From positions 892,414-956,413 of the forward strand of contig RHPI01002090.1 of assembly GCA_009103225.1 (NCBI GenBank): DNA of 64,000 bases, given 5' to 3'. The notes below the pieces were generated by a model. It had not been told where the DNA came from, did not search any database, and saw nothing but the letters and a program-made list of their open reading frames with translations. Both the position numbers and the translations under genes were made by a program. Positions 26,729-40,256 of the stretch are shown here, in pieces (the stretch's first letter is position 1; every line of letters begins with the position of its first letter). Source of the DNA: Chlorokybus atmophyticus (taxonomy: Eukaryota > Plantae > Mesostigma and Chlorokybus algae).

Positions 26729-27529
26729 TCCACCTACTTGTTGTGGAACAGCGCACTGAGCCAGACTATGTCCGTCTGCGGGGCGGCGGCAGAGGCGTCG
26801 GCGGTGGCAACGGGATCAGCTGGTATTTGCGGTAGCGAGCGCTTCCGTGCGGCGATTGAAGGTGAGTGCAGTGTGTTTGAGAGCACTGTGTAGGCGGACT
26901 AGTCCACGGCACCAGCCTCTTGCGTGAGGCTGGTGCAGTGCGCCATCGCATGCTGCGACTGGTCTGGAGTGCAACGGGCACAGTGACTCACGGGTCATGC
27001 GTGAATGACGCCTGTGCCACATTTTGCGCAAAGTGCGGCTGTTTGTTGACGCGTGACGGAGGCAGGCTACGCTGCACAGCTGCATGGTGGGGGTGGGGGT
27101 GGGGGTGTAGCAGTGGGTGGGGGTGGGTGCGTGCGCGCGTGTGTGTGTGTGCGTGCGCATAGCACAACTGTGTGTGACGTCTCGCTCTCGTTTCCTGTCT
27201 CATTGCCAACGACTCAAGCAGCAGCGTGATGTGTGTATTGAGCATGGCCTGTCGACTGAACTGCATGGACGTGAAGTGCTACGCACACATTGACAGCTTC
27301 AATCTCAGCGCCAATAGTGCCGGTTGTGATCTTATACAATATGAGCATTGCACGCACAAGCACCACGCACGTGTACACACGCATATATTCGCATGTGTGC
27401 ATGCTTGCGTGCGTGTGTGCTTGCACGCGTGTGACTACATAAGCTCACGCATGCGTGTGTGATGTCGCCAACGCAGGCCCAGGCTAGGTCAAATAAAAAG
27501 GCAGCACACAGGAGCGCGACTCACCGCCA

Positions 27530-28786
27530 ATGGCTGCTTCCATCCTTAGCCGGCTATCACTGAGGCACAGGCTTGCTCGTAGCGTATGCACTGCAGCAGC
27601 AGCTTCAGGCAGTTACGGGCAGACCCGGGCTCTGCTCATTGCCAACTCCACGCTTTACGGCGGCACATACTTCGGCCACTGCGGCGAAACCATCCAGAAC
27701 TTCTTGAAAGGGTGTGAGAGCGCAGCTCGTGTACCCCGTAACTCTGCGTGCTTGCTTGTTGGCTTTCTGTACACAAGTAGGCCTGTACTGCCTGCAGTTG
27801 GGTGATTGTGTGACCTCATTCAGAGGTGGCGTCGAGAGCGTGCTCTTCGTGCCGTACGCATTGCACGATTACGACAAGTACTTTGGCAATCCGGGTGCGA
27901 TCAAGTATGATGCTTTGGGCCAGCCCATTGACCACACTGGCCGGCCGAAAGCTCGGTTGCAGGAGCTTGGCTTTGACTGCACGTCCATACACCATGCAAA
28001 GGACCCGGTACTCAGCACATCATAGCTGTGCTGTTGTTATATGTGTGTGCAAACAGCGACAGTGACCAGTGATGTTTTGCCACAATTGTACGCAGTTGAA
28101 GGCAGTGCAAGATGCAACGGCGATATTCATTGGAGGAGGCAACAGCTTCATGCTACTCAACAAGTTGTACACTTTGCGCCTTGTCACGGCAATAAGGGAC
28201 AGGGTGCGTGCTGGGGAACTGCTGTACATGGGTTCGTCGGCAGGAAGCACGTGCGCTGGTGAGTGCCACGCAACACAAGCATTGGCTGACAGCAGCATCA
28301 ATGATAGACATGGCATTGACGCGCACGCGTGTAGGTCAGACCATCAACGCTTCCATCTGCATGCCCATTGTGTACCCGCCAACATTTGATGCTCTCGGCC
28401 TTGTCCCTTTCAACATCAGCCCGCACTATGCTGATCCTGAACCCAAAGCCAAGTAAGGAGGGATATGCTTAGCACCATGCTCATTTGCACCTTCACCACC
28501 ATCATGAACAACAACATAACCTTGTGCACGTCGTGTTAGGCTGGCAGAGGCCGGGTTTACCGTGAGCATGGAGGAGAACAGGGAGCAGCGCATCCAGCAG
28601 TATACGGATGAAGAGCCTGGAGCGCATGTTGTGGTCGGGTTGCGTGAAGGCACGCTGTTGGAGGTTAACCATGGCACTGTGACCCTCCATGGCAAGCGCA
28701 ATTGCCGGGTTTTCCGCCCAAAACAAGCCCCTGAGGAAGTTGCGCCTGGCAGCACTAGTCTTGAAGGCCTGCTCGGCTCGAGATAA
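27530..28786 (+). CDS. pepE: Dipeptidase E (peptidase S51) with predicted organellar transit peptide
   Basis: [35 protein letters not shown], nucleophile motif [46 protein letters not shown]. Arg/Ser/Ala-rich N-terminus. About 6 exons. Confidence 0.92.
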
Positions 28787-29225
28787 CGGACATTCCAATG
28801 ACATGGTGTGTGGAACATGGTGAGTGAAAGCATGCAGTAGCTGCTCTCACACTCCTCGCATTCATGAGAGAGCATGCTGCAATTGGAACCAACTCAACTT
28901 GTCGCCACCATAGTGATAGTCGTATAACACCTCAGTTGTATCAATACGCAACCAATTGACAGAGTTGGCCAACTTGTTGCATCTGCACCGTCTGTGACGG
29001 TCAGCAAACCAATGGCGACTGCGACTACAGTAGATGCAGTATCTCAGTTTCACTGCATCAAGTTTGCACCGTTTGCAGATGCTTTACCCCCAGTAGCAAA
29101 TAGCATGCGTGATGGATGTTTGGTGTAATGGATGAACATTGCATGTGTGCTGCTTTCCTTTGGTTCTTGTAACACGTGCACATGCAGGGTTGATATAATA
29201 TTACCTACCTCGGCGCCCTCTACAT

Positions 29226-30650
29226 GTGGTGCGTTGTTTGTTTAGAAGTGCGGGCGTAAATAAGATCCCTCTGCAAGCCATGCTGGAGCTGGACGGTGAC
29301 CGATGCATTGCCGCCGGTGTCGCGACAACGCTGAAGCGGAGGGCGCACACCACAGGCTGTGTGGCTACGCTAAGAGCTTGGGGCTGCGTACCATACAACT
29401 CTAACGACAGCATCACAATGGCTGACCAGAGCGTACAAGGCTCTGGCACCCATTGCGGATGTCGGTTGGGTGAGTTGTTCACCGTAGCCGGCATTCAAAC
29501 AGGCTCAACACACTCAAATCGTGAAGGATGACGTTGGCCTCAAGCGTGGGACAGACACATTTACCAGAACAACCACACAGTCTGTCAAGCAAGCAGCGCC
29601 TACACACTTACAACCGTTGGATTTCACAACTTTCCATACAAAGACTGACTTACAACAGTTGAAGTCAAGAATGGCACGGTTCGTACAGATGATGTTTACA
29701 CGCCAGCAGCGTATCACCAGTTTGACATACACGAAAATTTCTGTTGAGCAACACAAGACAAAGGTGCAACGGTATAACACACCCCCAGAACACAAGCCTC
29801 GAGCCAGAGTGTTTGCCGCAGTAACCCTCACAAAAATACTAAATTTTGCAATTAATAACTTGTTTGTGCGAGGTGCACTTGATGCCTTGTTCAAACAAGT
29901 TATTAGTATTCCCATGGGTAACAGTGCGGGTGTGAACTTGGCAAACAGCTTGCTGTACACTTTTAAGTATGAGTATTTTATGATGCGTTTGACTGCAACA
30001 GGCCAAGCAGATTTCGTAATAATGTACGCTAACAACATTCTCCGCTTTGAACATGCTGTAACATGTCACGCGGGTAGATCCCCCCCGCTAGCACCGTGCG
30101 TGTGACACCCTCCCCCATGTACATGACTTGCTGGTTGTCAACATACCAAACTTTCAGCAAGTCATGTACATGGGGGAGGGTGTCACACGCACGGTGCTAG
30201 CGGGGGGGATCTACCCGCGTGACATGTTACAGCTTGTTCAAACTCAATCGGCAACTCAAGTGCCGTTTATAAATATACTCGTGTCCAAGCACCCAACAGT
30301 GGGACTATGTACTAAGCTGTACTCCAAGCTGTCATTGCCCAAGTTCTCAAACATCCATATCCATGCAGCCCCTCACCCGTTGTCAGATCTATCCAAGCAC
30401 TGTAAACTAGGAGTGGTTTGATCACAGTGTCTGCGCGTTCAACATGTGTTCCCTTTCATGCACGTCTTCCTGCATGCCATTTGTTCATTGCTCAAGCGGA
30501 TGTATCAAGAAGGTCATAGCAAGCGCCAGCTGTTGGAGCTATTGCGCAAAAGATGTTTACTTTTCAAACCAGTTGTGGTATGGCAAAACCGCTCAGTTCA
30601 TATATCATGCTATCATGCGTGCGTCGACATGAGGGGAGCACGCAAGTGCC
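29226..30650 (+). mobile_element. Degenerate Penelope-like retroelement reverse transcriptase
   Basis: Ordered PLE-RT motifs across broken frames: DRCIAAG..TTLK, PLDFTTFHT..QLKSRM, FKQVISIPMGNSAGVNLANSLLY, decayed (Y)xDD as HVHDLLVVNIPNF, GIYP, TKLYSK, KLGVV*SQ, L..EGH. Stops and frameshifts are present. No endonuclease was seen. Confidence 0.75.
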
Positions 30651-32682
30651 CTCATGCATGTTACTGTCAGTTATGCTTGCTTGCATGCATTTCTGTTCTC
30701 AGTGCAAGCAATGTTAGGCTAACATTGCTTGCAGGCTGCTAATCTAGCATGGTGTTTGCATAAACATCACTCATTTTGGACTAACGGTCACACTAGACAA
30801 TTGCATTTATCAATGCATGTGACTGTGCATGCCCATTTGTGAGTGGCGCGCATAAAACCCTCATTCGCGGCATACAAGTAGGAAGCCGGCCACAGTGTCA
30901 AGTTGCCCCTTTGGCAACTTGCTCACTGTGGCGCTCTGGGTGTAGGTGAGCCCATGTTCCTACCACTTGACGATGTTGCTGCTTTTAAATGTTGGGGGCT
31001 CAACACATGTATCATATTTGCCTTGCCGATGTTGCTGTTGCTTGCTGCATGCTGCTACTAGCAGCAAGTTAGCGTTGGGCTTGGTAAGCCTAACGCTAAC
31101 TTGTACCTTTGAACGGACTAAGCGGGAAGCTAGTACTGTGTGTTCAGCCGTTGTTGTACAGTGTGTTGCTTTGATACCATTGTACTGTTATTGCCTATAC
31201 TTGTGCGCGCAATTGGCTTGACGACGGCATGGGACAGCTTGGCACTGCCTGAGGTATTTGAACGTATATTGTTTATCACTGCATGCGGACCGGGCTTGTA
31301 GTATTTGCTTTCATACTTGATTTCATATTGGGCTGTCTTATTACGTATTTACTTGTTATATTATATGTAAGTCATGCAGTTCGCGTGGCGTGTGCGTCTT
31401 ATTTGCCGGTCAACAAATGTTGTGTACAATGTATAATGTTGTTGCAAACCTTTCAAGGGGGCTTGCTGTTAATGGTTCGTGCTTATGCTGAATGTTGCTC
31501 ATGAGCTCGCTAAATTATCGAAAATACAATCATGTCCATAATAATGTAGCTAGCGTTGTATCTAATACACTGGACTGTACAAACAACATTAGTATACATC
31601 ACATTAACATGTGTCTGTGATAAGGACAAGTGCCCATCTACGTTTTATATACACTACAACATCAAGCACACTCACACATATTTATTTCAACCAAGATATA
31701 CACGCGACTTGCAGTGATACGCACAAGCTGTTATTAAGTAACATACATGCAGCGCAGCACAGCACTCTCCACACTGCCTCCGCCCATGCTCTGCTGTCTT
31801 CATAACAACAAGTTGCTGCTGCTGCTGCTGTCTTACTGCTTTTCGGAAGGGCTGCTACTTGTCTAACTTCTGGCATTGCATGACCACAGGTGGTTCACTG
31901 CTGATTGCTGCCTGACCTGCCGTGTCTGCCTGCTGAACCGCCCTCAACCCCGCCCTTTGCACTCACATAAGTACAGCACCTAGCTATGCCCCTGCCAACC
32001 GTATTTCTATTGCCTGCTTGCTTGCTGTTGTGCTTGTGGTGCTTGCATATGCCTTAATCTCTATTCGGAGTTTTGAGTGTCGGATGCGCTTTGGATAAGC
32101 ATCACTTAAAATTGAAAAACTTATATAAAACTCATAAATATTATTGCTAATGCACTTTGCAAAGAGCATATATGGTTTTGCCATAAACACGTAACAATAG
32201 GCTTGGCCTTCATACGTGGGATAGACTGTTCCCCCCAACCTTCCAAGGTCTGATCCAGTCTGGCTCATCGAAGGGCAATTGTTAATTGGCTGCCAAGCAG
32301 TCATTAGCATGCAGCTCCCGTGCCATTGAAACCACACCTGACCTGTAACCTCGTCTTGGGGGTGTATCATCAATTGCATGACATCGCATGATCAGTTGCC
32401 AATGATCGGTTCGTGATGGCTCACTTCACTTTTGCGCACTTTTTAGGTTAGGAGCCCTGCACAGCTGGCGACTCTGGCAGGCTGCGTAGTGATACTGTTC
32501 AGGTCTAAAGTTCCTGTCTCCCCATAAAGTTCCCTTGTCCCCGCTTTCCATCGCTCTGCCCAAGTTGCAGGCAGCCTGCAACCTCTGCATGCATTGGCGC
32601 TACGAAACTGCCAGCAAAAAGTGCAGAAGCGCTTGTAGCGTTAGGCCTGCCGCAGTGCGGTGGGCGGAGCTCGCCGTTCGGC

Positions 32683-35600
32683 ATGCCGTTGGCGTCATCA
32701 CAAGGGAGCGTTGTCGGAGCAGCGCTGAGCTTTTCGTCGTTGCTGCGGGCTTCAGCGTTGTGCTTTGGGAGAGGCGCAAGGGGCAGCGGCAGGCCTTTGG
32801 TCAGGCGCTGCGAAGGGCGGAGTGGGGTGTGGGCGCCTCAGTCTAGGGCAGCAGTAGGCCTAGCAGGCGGCGCTGGTGGGTGGTTGCACAGGCGCAGTGT
32901 GTTCGCTGCCGCACGGCCGGCCATGGCTTCAGCTACAGACGCGTCTGGGAGGGACAGTGGCAGCAGTGCGCCCGCCGGCGATCCTGCTCAGCATGTCAAT
33001 CGGCTTGCAAAGCAACAGAGCCCATACCTGCTGCAGGTGCGGTTGGTGCACTGCGTTGTTCATGCGGTTCACACCTCCGGTTATAGGTGCATGCCTAGCT
33101 GGTAGCACGGTGTGTACTTTTACGCTGTCGTTACGTTTGTATCTGGCATGCTCTGCATGGCAGGCATGTAGCTGTGATGTCTGAGTGTGGCATTGTTTCA
33201 AGGTCGTTTGCTAAACGCGACGCATCTTCTTGCTTGCAGCATGCTCACAATCCCGTGGACTGGTATCCATGGGGTGAGGAAGCTTTTGCTAAGGCACGAT
33301 CAGAGCGAAAACCCATCTTCCTCTCTGTTGGCTACTCGACGTGTCACTGGTAAGTGCTGCTTGGGGCAATTTCACGTGCCATATCTTTGCCACATCAACT
33401 GGCCACCTTTGAGTCATGCACGCTCATGCGCTAGCCACATTCGCACTTGCAGCACGGAGTGTTTGCAGGTGCCATGTCATGGAACACGAGTCCTTTGAGA
33501 GTGAAGCGGTCGCAGATATCATGAACCGTTTCTTTGTGAACATCAAGGTAATAATGGACTTGCACATGGCTCTTAGTGGCAACTGTCTGATTACTGTGGT
33601 TGCCAGCGCTCATGAGCGTCTCCTTAGGTGGATAGAGAGGAGCGGCCTGATGTGGACAAAGTGTATATGACATATGTTCAAGCGACTCAGGGAGGCGGCG
33701 GTTGGCCAATGAGTGTGTTCCTTACGCCTTCCTTGCAGCCCTTCCTGGGCGGCACGTACTTCCCTCCTGAGGATGCTTATGGGCGTCCTGGGTTCAAGAC
33801 ACTGTTGCAGTAAGGGGATGTGCGTGTTGTGCAAGTGTGTGGGTGTCAGACTGTTGACCAGTAGTTTTGACTTACAAGTTGTGCATGGGCAGACGCGTCG
33901 CTCAAGTTTGGCACGCGAAAGCTCCTGAAATTCAGGCTGGAGGCGAACAGGCATGTGCTTGCCGCTCTATTACCTGCTTCAGCTTCGTGCCCTGCTTGGT
34001 ATTCTTGTTCAAGAGTTTTGTGTAAGTGCAGGCCATTGCTCAATTGGCTGAGGCTACCAGCACTGTATCCACCTCTGAAACCTTATCAGAGAGTTTTGCA
34101 GAAGAGGCTGTTGCAAACTGCTGCCGCCAGGTATGGAACGTTGGGGATTGCAAGACATAACAAGTCATTACAGCGATTGACAATAACCTGACATTGTTGC
34201 AGCTGGATGAGCGGTTCGACCCGAAAGAAGGTGGATTTGGTACTGCTCCCAAATTTCCCAGACCATCGGAGTTGAATGTGTTGATGAGGTATCATGTAAA
34301 AAGGAAATCAAGCCATGACGCAAAGGGCAAGGCTACAGCCACAACGAAGCATACTCCACTTCATATGGCGCTGTTGTCCCTGAACAAGATGGCAGCGGGC
34401 GGCATTCACGACCACATTGGTGGTGGCTTTCATCGGTACAGCGTAGACGAGTATTGGCACGGTACGGTTCCCCATTCTGGCATTTACCCATCAATCAATG
34501 TTGCAATGTCATGGATGAAACTAGTGCGAATTGCTGACAACATGTGGTTTCGACGGCACAGTTCCACACTTTGAGAAGATGATGTATGATCAAGGCCAGC
34601 TGGCCTGCGCATACTTGGACGCCTACACCATTGTCAAGGAAGACCGGTTTGCAATCATGGCTCAGGACATTCTAGACTACATCTTGCGCGACATGACAGC
34701 ACCCAATGGTGGCATATATTCCGCTGAAGACGCAGACTCGGCACCAGAAGGTGGTGGACCCAAGAAGGAAGGCTTGTTTTACCTCTGGACTGCACAGGAG
34801 GTGTGTGCACTGACATATTGTGGTGGTCATGCGCTTGCATGGCAGCATTATAGGTTGGGAGTTGCCGTGCTTGCTGGTCACCTATACAATCATTTTGCAG
34901 ATCAATGAAGTACTGGGCAGTGGGCCGGCCGCTCAGATTTTCTCTGCGCATTACGCTATCACAGAGGCCGGCAACTGCAACCTGTCTGCTCAGAGTGATC
35001 CACATCGAGAGTTTGTCGGCATGAACGTGCCGATCGTGCGAGGGTCAGTGGAGCAGACCGCCGCACAGTTTGGGATGAGCGAAGAGCGCTGCCAACAGTT
35101 GCTCGCAGAATGCCGTGAGGTGTTGCACAAGCGGAGAGGCATGCGGCCTCACCCCCATTTAGATGACAAGGTAAGGTTGCAAGAAGTATGCTTGCTACAT
35201 CAAGTTCTACTAGACAAACAAGGCCGGCAGGGAAGGTGACTGCACATGGTGTTGGGTGTGCAGATCATCACTGCATGGAATGGCCTTGCCATCTCTGCAC
35301 TCTCGCGAGCTTCACGCATCTTGCGCACGATGCAGCAGCCCGCAGTGCAGCGCTCTTTCCCAGTTGAAGGACGTGATGTAAGTAAACAATGTGGTGTATC
35401 AGAGTTGTTATCTGCTATTTAGGTAAGTGTTTTTTGTGTGTGGGGGGAGGGGGGGGAGGGGGGGGGATGTGTGCGCTTCTGGCTATAGCAGACATTTAGT
35501 TGTATGGCTGTGAATAATACTCCTGAGACCTTTGCTGATCGCAGCCAAAGGACTACCTCACAGCCGCCACACGAGCTGCCCTGTTCATCAGGGACAGCAT

Positions 35601-36683
35601 GTACGACTCAAGGACTGGTGTGCTTTACCGGAGCTTCCGGGAAAGCCTCTCAAGCACACCAGGGTTCCTGGATGACTATGCCTGCCTCATAATGGGGTTG
35701 TTGGACTTGTATGAAGGGACAGGCAACACTGACTGGGTCGATTGGGCTTTGAGGCTGCAAGTAACACAGGTAAGCGCCATTTCTAAATACTCTGTTACTT
35801 CATGTGTCCTGTTTGCGGCCGTTACATCATCATCATGTTGCTGCTTCTTACGCTGGCCCTGGCAGCTTGAATTGGTACCCACTGGCATACATTCATGCAG
35901 GATCAATTGTTCTGGGACGCATCAGGTGGCGGTTATTTCAACACGGCCAGTGGCGACCCTTCCATTCTGTTGCGCATGAAAGAGGATTATGATGGCGCAG
36001 AGCCGAGTGGAAACTCTATAGCAGCCGTGAACCTGCTGCGCTTCGCTGCCATGTTTGGTATGCAGGTGACGGACGGAATGTCGTTTCAGGCACGTGCGGA
36101 GCAGACAATGGTAAGTACATGCAGGCATGCTGCTTTACAAAGCGTTATGTCTCTGCCCCCAGTCTTGCAGCGTCAGGGTGGCACCCGTCTGTCCCACTGC
36201 AGGCATTGTGTGAAGGCAGATTAAAGGACGTGCCTCTTGCGCTTCCCCAAATGTGCTGTGCCCTCCTTCAGCTGGCTTCTCCTACCAAGCGACAGGTGAT
36301 AGGCGCTTGTACTGCGTTGCATAGAAGTGCGTTGCATTCGTCAGTCATAACAAGCTTTGGTTGAGCAGATTGTAGTCGTTGGGAGTCCTCAAGATGAGGG
36401 TGTGCTAGCACTGCTGGATGCTGCACATTCCGTATTTGAACCAGACCGCAGCATTATCGTTGTTGACACTGCACATGAGCCCACGGTGAACTTCTGGAAG
36501 GAGCGGAATCCGCACGTCATCAGCATGGCCAAGCAAGTCGATGGGCAAGCCACTGCATACGTGTGCCAGAACTTTGCGTGCCAGGCACCCGTGACTAGTC
36601 CTGACAAGCTGCGAAGGTTGCTTGTGCAAGCAGGAGGCACGCCATCTGTTCAAGCATTTGATGTCAGTGATATCACGAGCTAG
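32683..36683 (+). CDS. SPATA20: SPATA20/YyaL homolog (thioredoxin-like + alpha/alpha-barrel) with N-terminal targeting extension
   Basis: [126 protein letters not shown]. Confidence 0.95.
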
Positions 36684-37977
36684 AAGTAAAGGGTTGGGCA
36701 GATGACATGGTAATGCTTGCCGCGGTGCTGCCCTTTTGCCATGGCAGTCCCGCTGAAGTTGAACTTCCCGGCAATGCAACACGAATTGCAGCCCTGTGTT
36801 GGCACAACACAAAGACAATCAGTCAGTTTGGTAAACTGTGTAGCTCTGTGTAGCTGATGTGGTAAACAAGGCGTTTATCGGCACAATCTTTGTGTGCAGC
36901 AACTTATCACAGTCAACTATCTGGAGATGCTTTGCTGCTTGCTGCTTTATGCTTGCAGCGTAGCATCATGTTATTGGTGTCAACCAGTATACCCTGCAGT
37001 TGTATGTACTACTAAACCAGGTACACTTTTGACACAGCAGCGACACAGCGCACGTCAGAACTGCAAACACCTATCGCACTGTGCCTCTGACGCAAGCAAA
37101 CGAGCTGCGACTGCTGGCGAACAGGGTTTGGGACAGAGCCAACGAGAGGATGGTGGTGGAGAGGGAGGAGAAAAAGGCGGGGGAAGTCCTGTTGGGCTGC
37201 ATGTGCGTGGATGACTGAGCTTGGAGCTGCAAGACTGATGTTAAGCACCTTGTGTACAGGTATTGCAGTGAGTATGTGCTGCTCACAAGGGGCTGTGCAT
37301 GCTAGGGGTAGATGTGTTAGATGAGAGAGCATATAGCCTGGTGGTGATAATCTTGAGTTGTTGTGACTGTGGATGGATTGCGCTGCTACATGTGGCTGTG
37401 CAAAGCTGTAACATTAAGCATGTTATGTGTGATGGAGTACCCCGTACACAGCCCAGTGCAGCAAACAAGAAAGCAAATCCTAACAGCAGCAAGATAGCAC
37501 ACTCCAACAGCAACATCAAATTGCGTCACACAAGTTACAGCAAGCTTATACAGCAATCTTGACCACCATCCCCAGCCCTCTCCCCTGTTGTGCAGACCTG
37601 CAGAACCCTGATGCATACTATACTGCTAATGAGCCTGTCCTGGTCAACGGTTGTTGGCCTGATAGCAGAGGAAACAAATTAAGCAATGACAAGGCGATAA
37701 ACGCCTTACCACCAGTGCAGAAACAACACAAAGCATGTGCTGATCACGTCAGCAGCGCCAGCTTGGCAGGTTGACGACTTTGAGAGCGTTGCTCACTTGA
37801 CAGACAGAATTTTTCATGGAGTCTGCTACAAACGACAATCTTGATAAGTGTCGATTCAAAATACAAACCTTGAATGCAATCACAAACGCAGGCAGGTACC
37901 TGATGAGGGTGACACGCCATGCCACTGAGAACACCAGCCGTGGACATGCCGTGTAGCACACAGTCGCCTTGGAACCT

Positions 37978-40256
37978 TCACCGTGAAGGTAGCACCTTGG
38001 CGTATAAGTACAAGTGGACCTTGCGGGTGAAGAGCTTCTCAAGCTGCAACCTTGCCGCAGAGCCAATGCCCCTGTATTACCCACGCAGTCTTGGCACGTT
38101 GTTTCTCATACCACACGTGTATGCCATCCAAACCATGGTGATGACCGCAACCAGACCACTGCACCTGCGCTGCATGATTCGTCACAACCCACTCTTACTG
38201 ACCTGATCACATCCCCGTTGCGACCAACAAGAATCATGCGCTGCGATTCACTACTGACATAAGCAGCCACCTCCAGCTTTAGATCGCCATTCCGAAAATC
38301 TTCCCACTCGAGCAGCTTCAGCTGCACGAGGTACGGAACCTCCTGCAACAGCCAATGCAATCTACCATGATAACCCATGCCGGCATTGTTGCGCGCATGA
38401 CCGTATCCTTCAGCAGAGCAACAGAAAACGCAACTAGTACTTCACTAAAAGCACAATGCCAAATTCTACGTAATGTTGTGCAAGTGCTGGCTCAGAACGA
38501 TTGTGAACTTGACAAGGAATCATGCGCGCTCAACAGCCCAAACGATTCAACCCTTCGATGACGAAATGTCAGTGCCAAAGCACCACAAAACCAATACGAT
38601 GACAATGCAACATTGCTCAACAATACCCGACGCACCTGATGGAGCTGTGTGTAAATGTACTCTCGGATGACCTCCAGAACTAGCTCATCATCTGCCTGAG
38701 CGGTTTTCGCCTCGGGGGGAAACTCCCATGGCCGGTTAGCCGCCTGGATCAACATGCGCTGGACATGAGTGTCCGCGCCAAGAAACAAACCGTGCTGGAC
38801 AACTCCATGATCATGCGCAGATGTCAACGGAGCTGTCATGAGACAAGCGTACCAGACTGAACAAATGCTGCTTCAGTTCCTCAACGCCAGAGCCATTTAT
38901 TGCTGATATCATGAAGCAACTGCGTGAGCAAATATTATTAATTAGTGCATGCAAAGCTGACACTTTCGAAGCAAAAGAAACGGAGCATGCACAGCCTATA
39001 AACTTACTGGCTGAACGTGTTCTGCTGCATCAACGCCTCTGCGAGAGGCAAAAGCAGCTTCTTATTCTTGGCTCCCAGCAAATCCACCTTGTTGAGAACA
39101 AGAACAGCTGGAGGAAGATCTTCATAAAGTGTGTTCAACAACCGCTCTACGCGTGGATCTGGACTGAAAACCAACAATCAGGTACAGCATGGGTTCTCTA
39201 AACCAGTCATGAAGTGCGCTACCTGCACACACATGCTGCACCACATGCCAGCACGTTTATACAAACATTCTGCACAACACTAGCACTGAGTATAAACTCA
39301 CTGCAAGGCCTGGCGATGAGCATCGACCAGCATCATGAGCACATCGCATCTTTCAGCAGTGCTCCATGCAGAGGACACGGCCGATGGGGACGGCCACTTC
39401 ATGGAATGCCCTGGCCGCGGTTTACTCACGCCGGGTGTGTCATACAACAACTGCGGGGTGCGGTCACCATGGTGAGTAGCATGCTCGCCTAACATCACGC
39501 TGACTGCCACAATTGAGACGCGCCAACACAAATGCATATTGACTGCTTACCAGCTGCACATCACCAGTGGTGGAAACACCAACTATCTCCTTTCGTGTGG
39601 TACCCGTTTTGGGGGACACTGCGGTAATCTTATTGCCAACCTGCATATGCAGAGTGCGTTGAGGCAGGTGACGCATGGTTATTGCGCATGTGTTGCCAGG
39701 TGGGCAGGCGGGGACACGCTTTGCATGCGCGACACTGACACTCAACCGAGAACCAAGCTTATGCAAACATTGATTTTGCTCTGCTGTATACCCGCTTGGC
39801 TGCCAAACGACAAGACCATCAGATTACCAGCTTGTTGGTAAGCTCCGACTTGCCGGCGTTGGGGGCTCCCATGATGCCTGCTCTGAGCAGCTTCTGCTGC
39901 TCCAGGGGCGGGATGACCGCATCCTCGCCCTCCTCCTCCCCGAAACCATGGTGGTGTTGCCCGTCAACGCTCTCCTCCGCTACAACCGAACCGCCTGAAG
40001 ACGAAGCAAACAGCTGAGCCGAAACTGCCTCCGCCACTGAAGCACTCCAATTGAGCTTGCAACAGAAGCTAAGACGCAGGTAACCAACATAAGCTGCCTT
40101 GCAGCTGTTACCTGTTACGACATTGGTGTGAAATACTGAGTGATGAGCTAAAGACGCTGCAAGACCTGGCCCAAGTTTAAGTGCTCTGCTGCCTCCTCCT
40201 GTAAGCCAAGACCGACAGGCGACACCCTGGCGGAACAGCGTTCCGAGCCGACGCAT
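37978..40256 (-). CDS. ERA: Era-like GTPase (likely mitochondrial ERG/ERAL1 type)
   Basis: Presequence-like MRRLGTLFRQG, G1 GAPNAGKSEL, G2 TTR, G3 DTPG, EVIREYIY..EVPY, KH-domain SQRMILVGRNGDVIRGIGSAARLQLEKLFTRKVHLYLYAKV*. Confidence 0.9.

Noticed and set aside
28800-31000. Hammerhead ribozyme expected near the Penelope-like element
   Set aside because: No CTGATGA...GAAA core found nearby.
31984-32379. 131-aa minus-strand ORF upstream of SPATA20
   Set aside because: No recognisable motif or splice model. May be a TE remnant but is unsupported.
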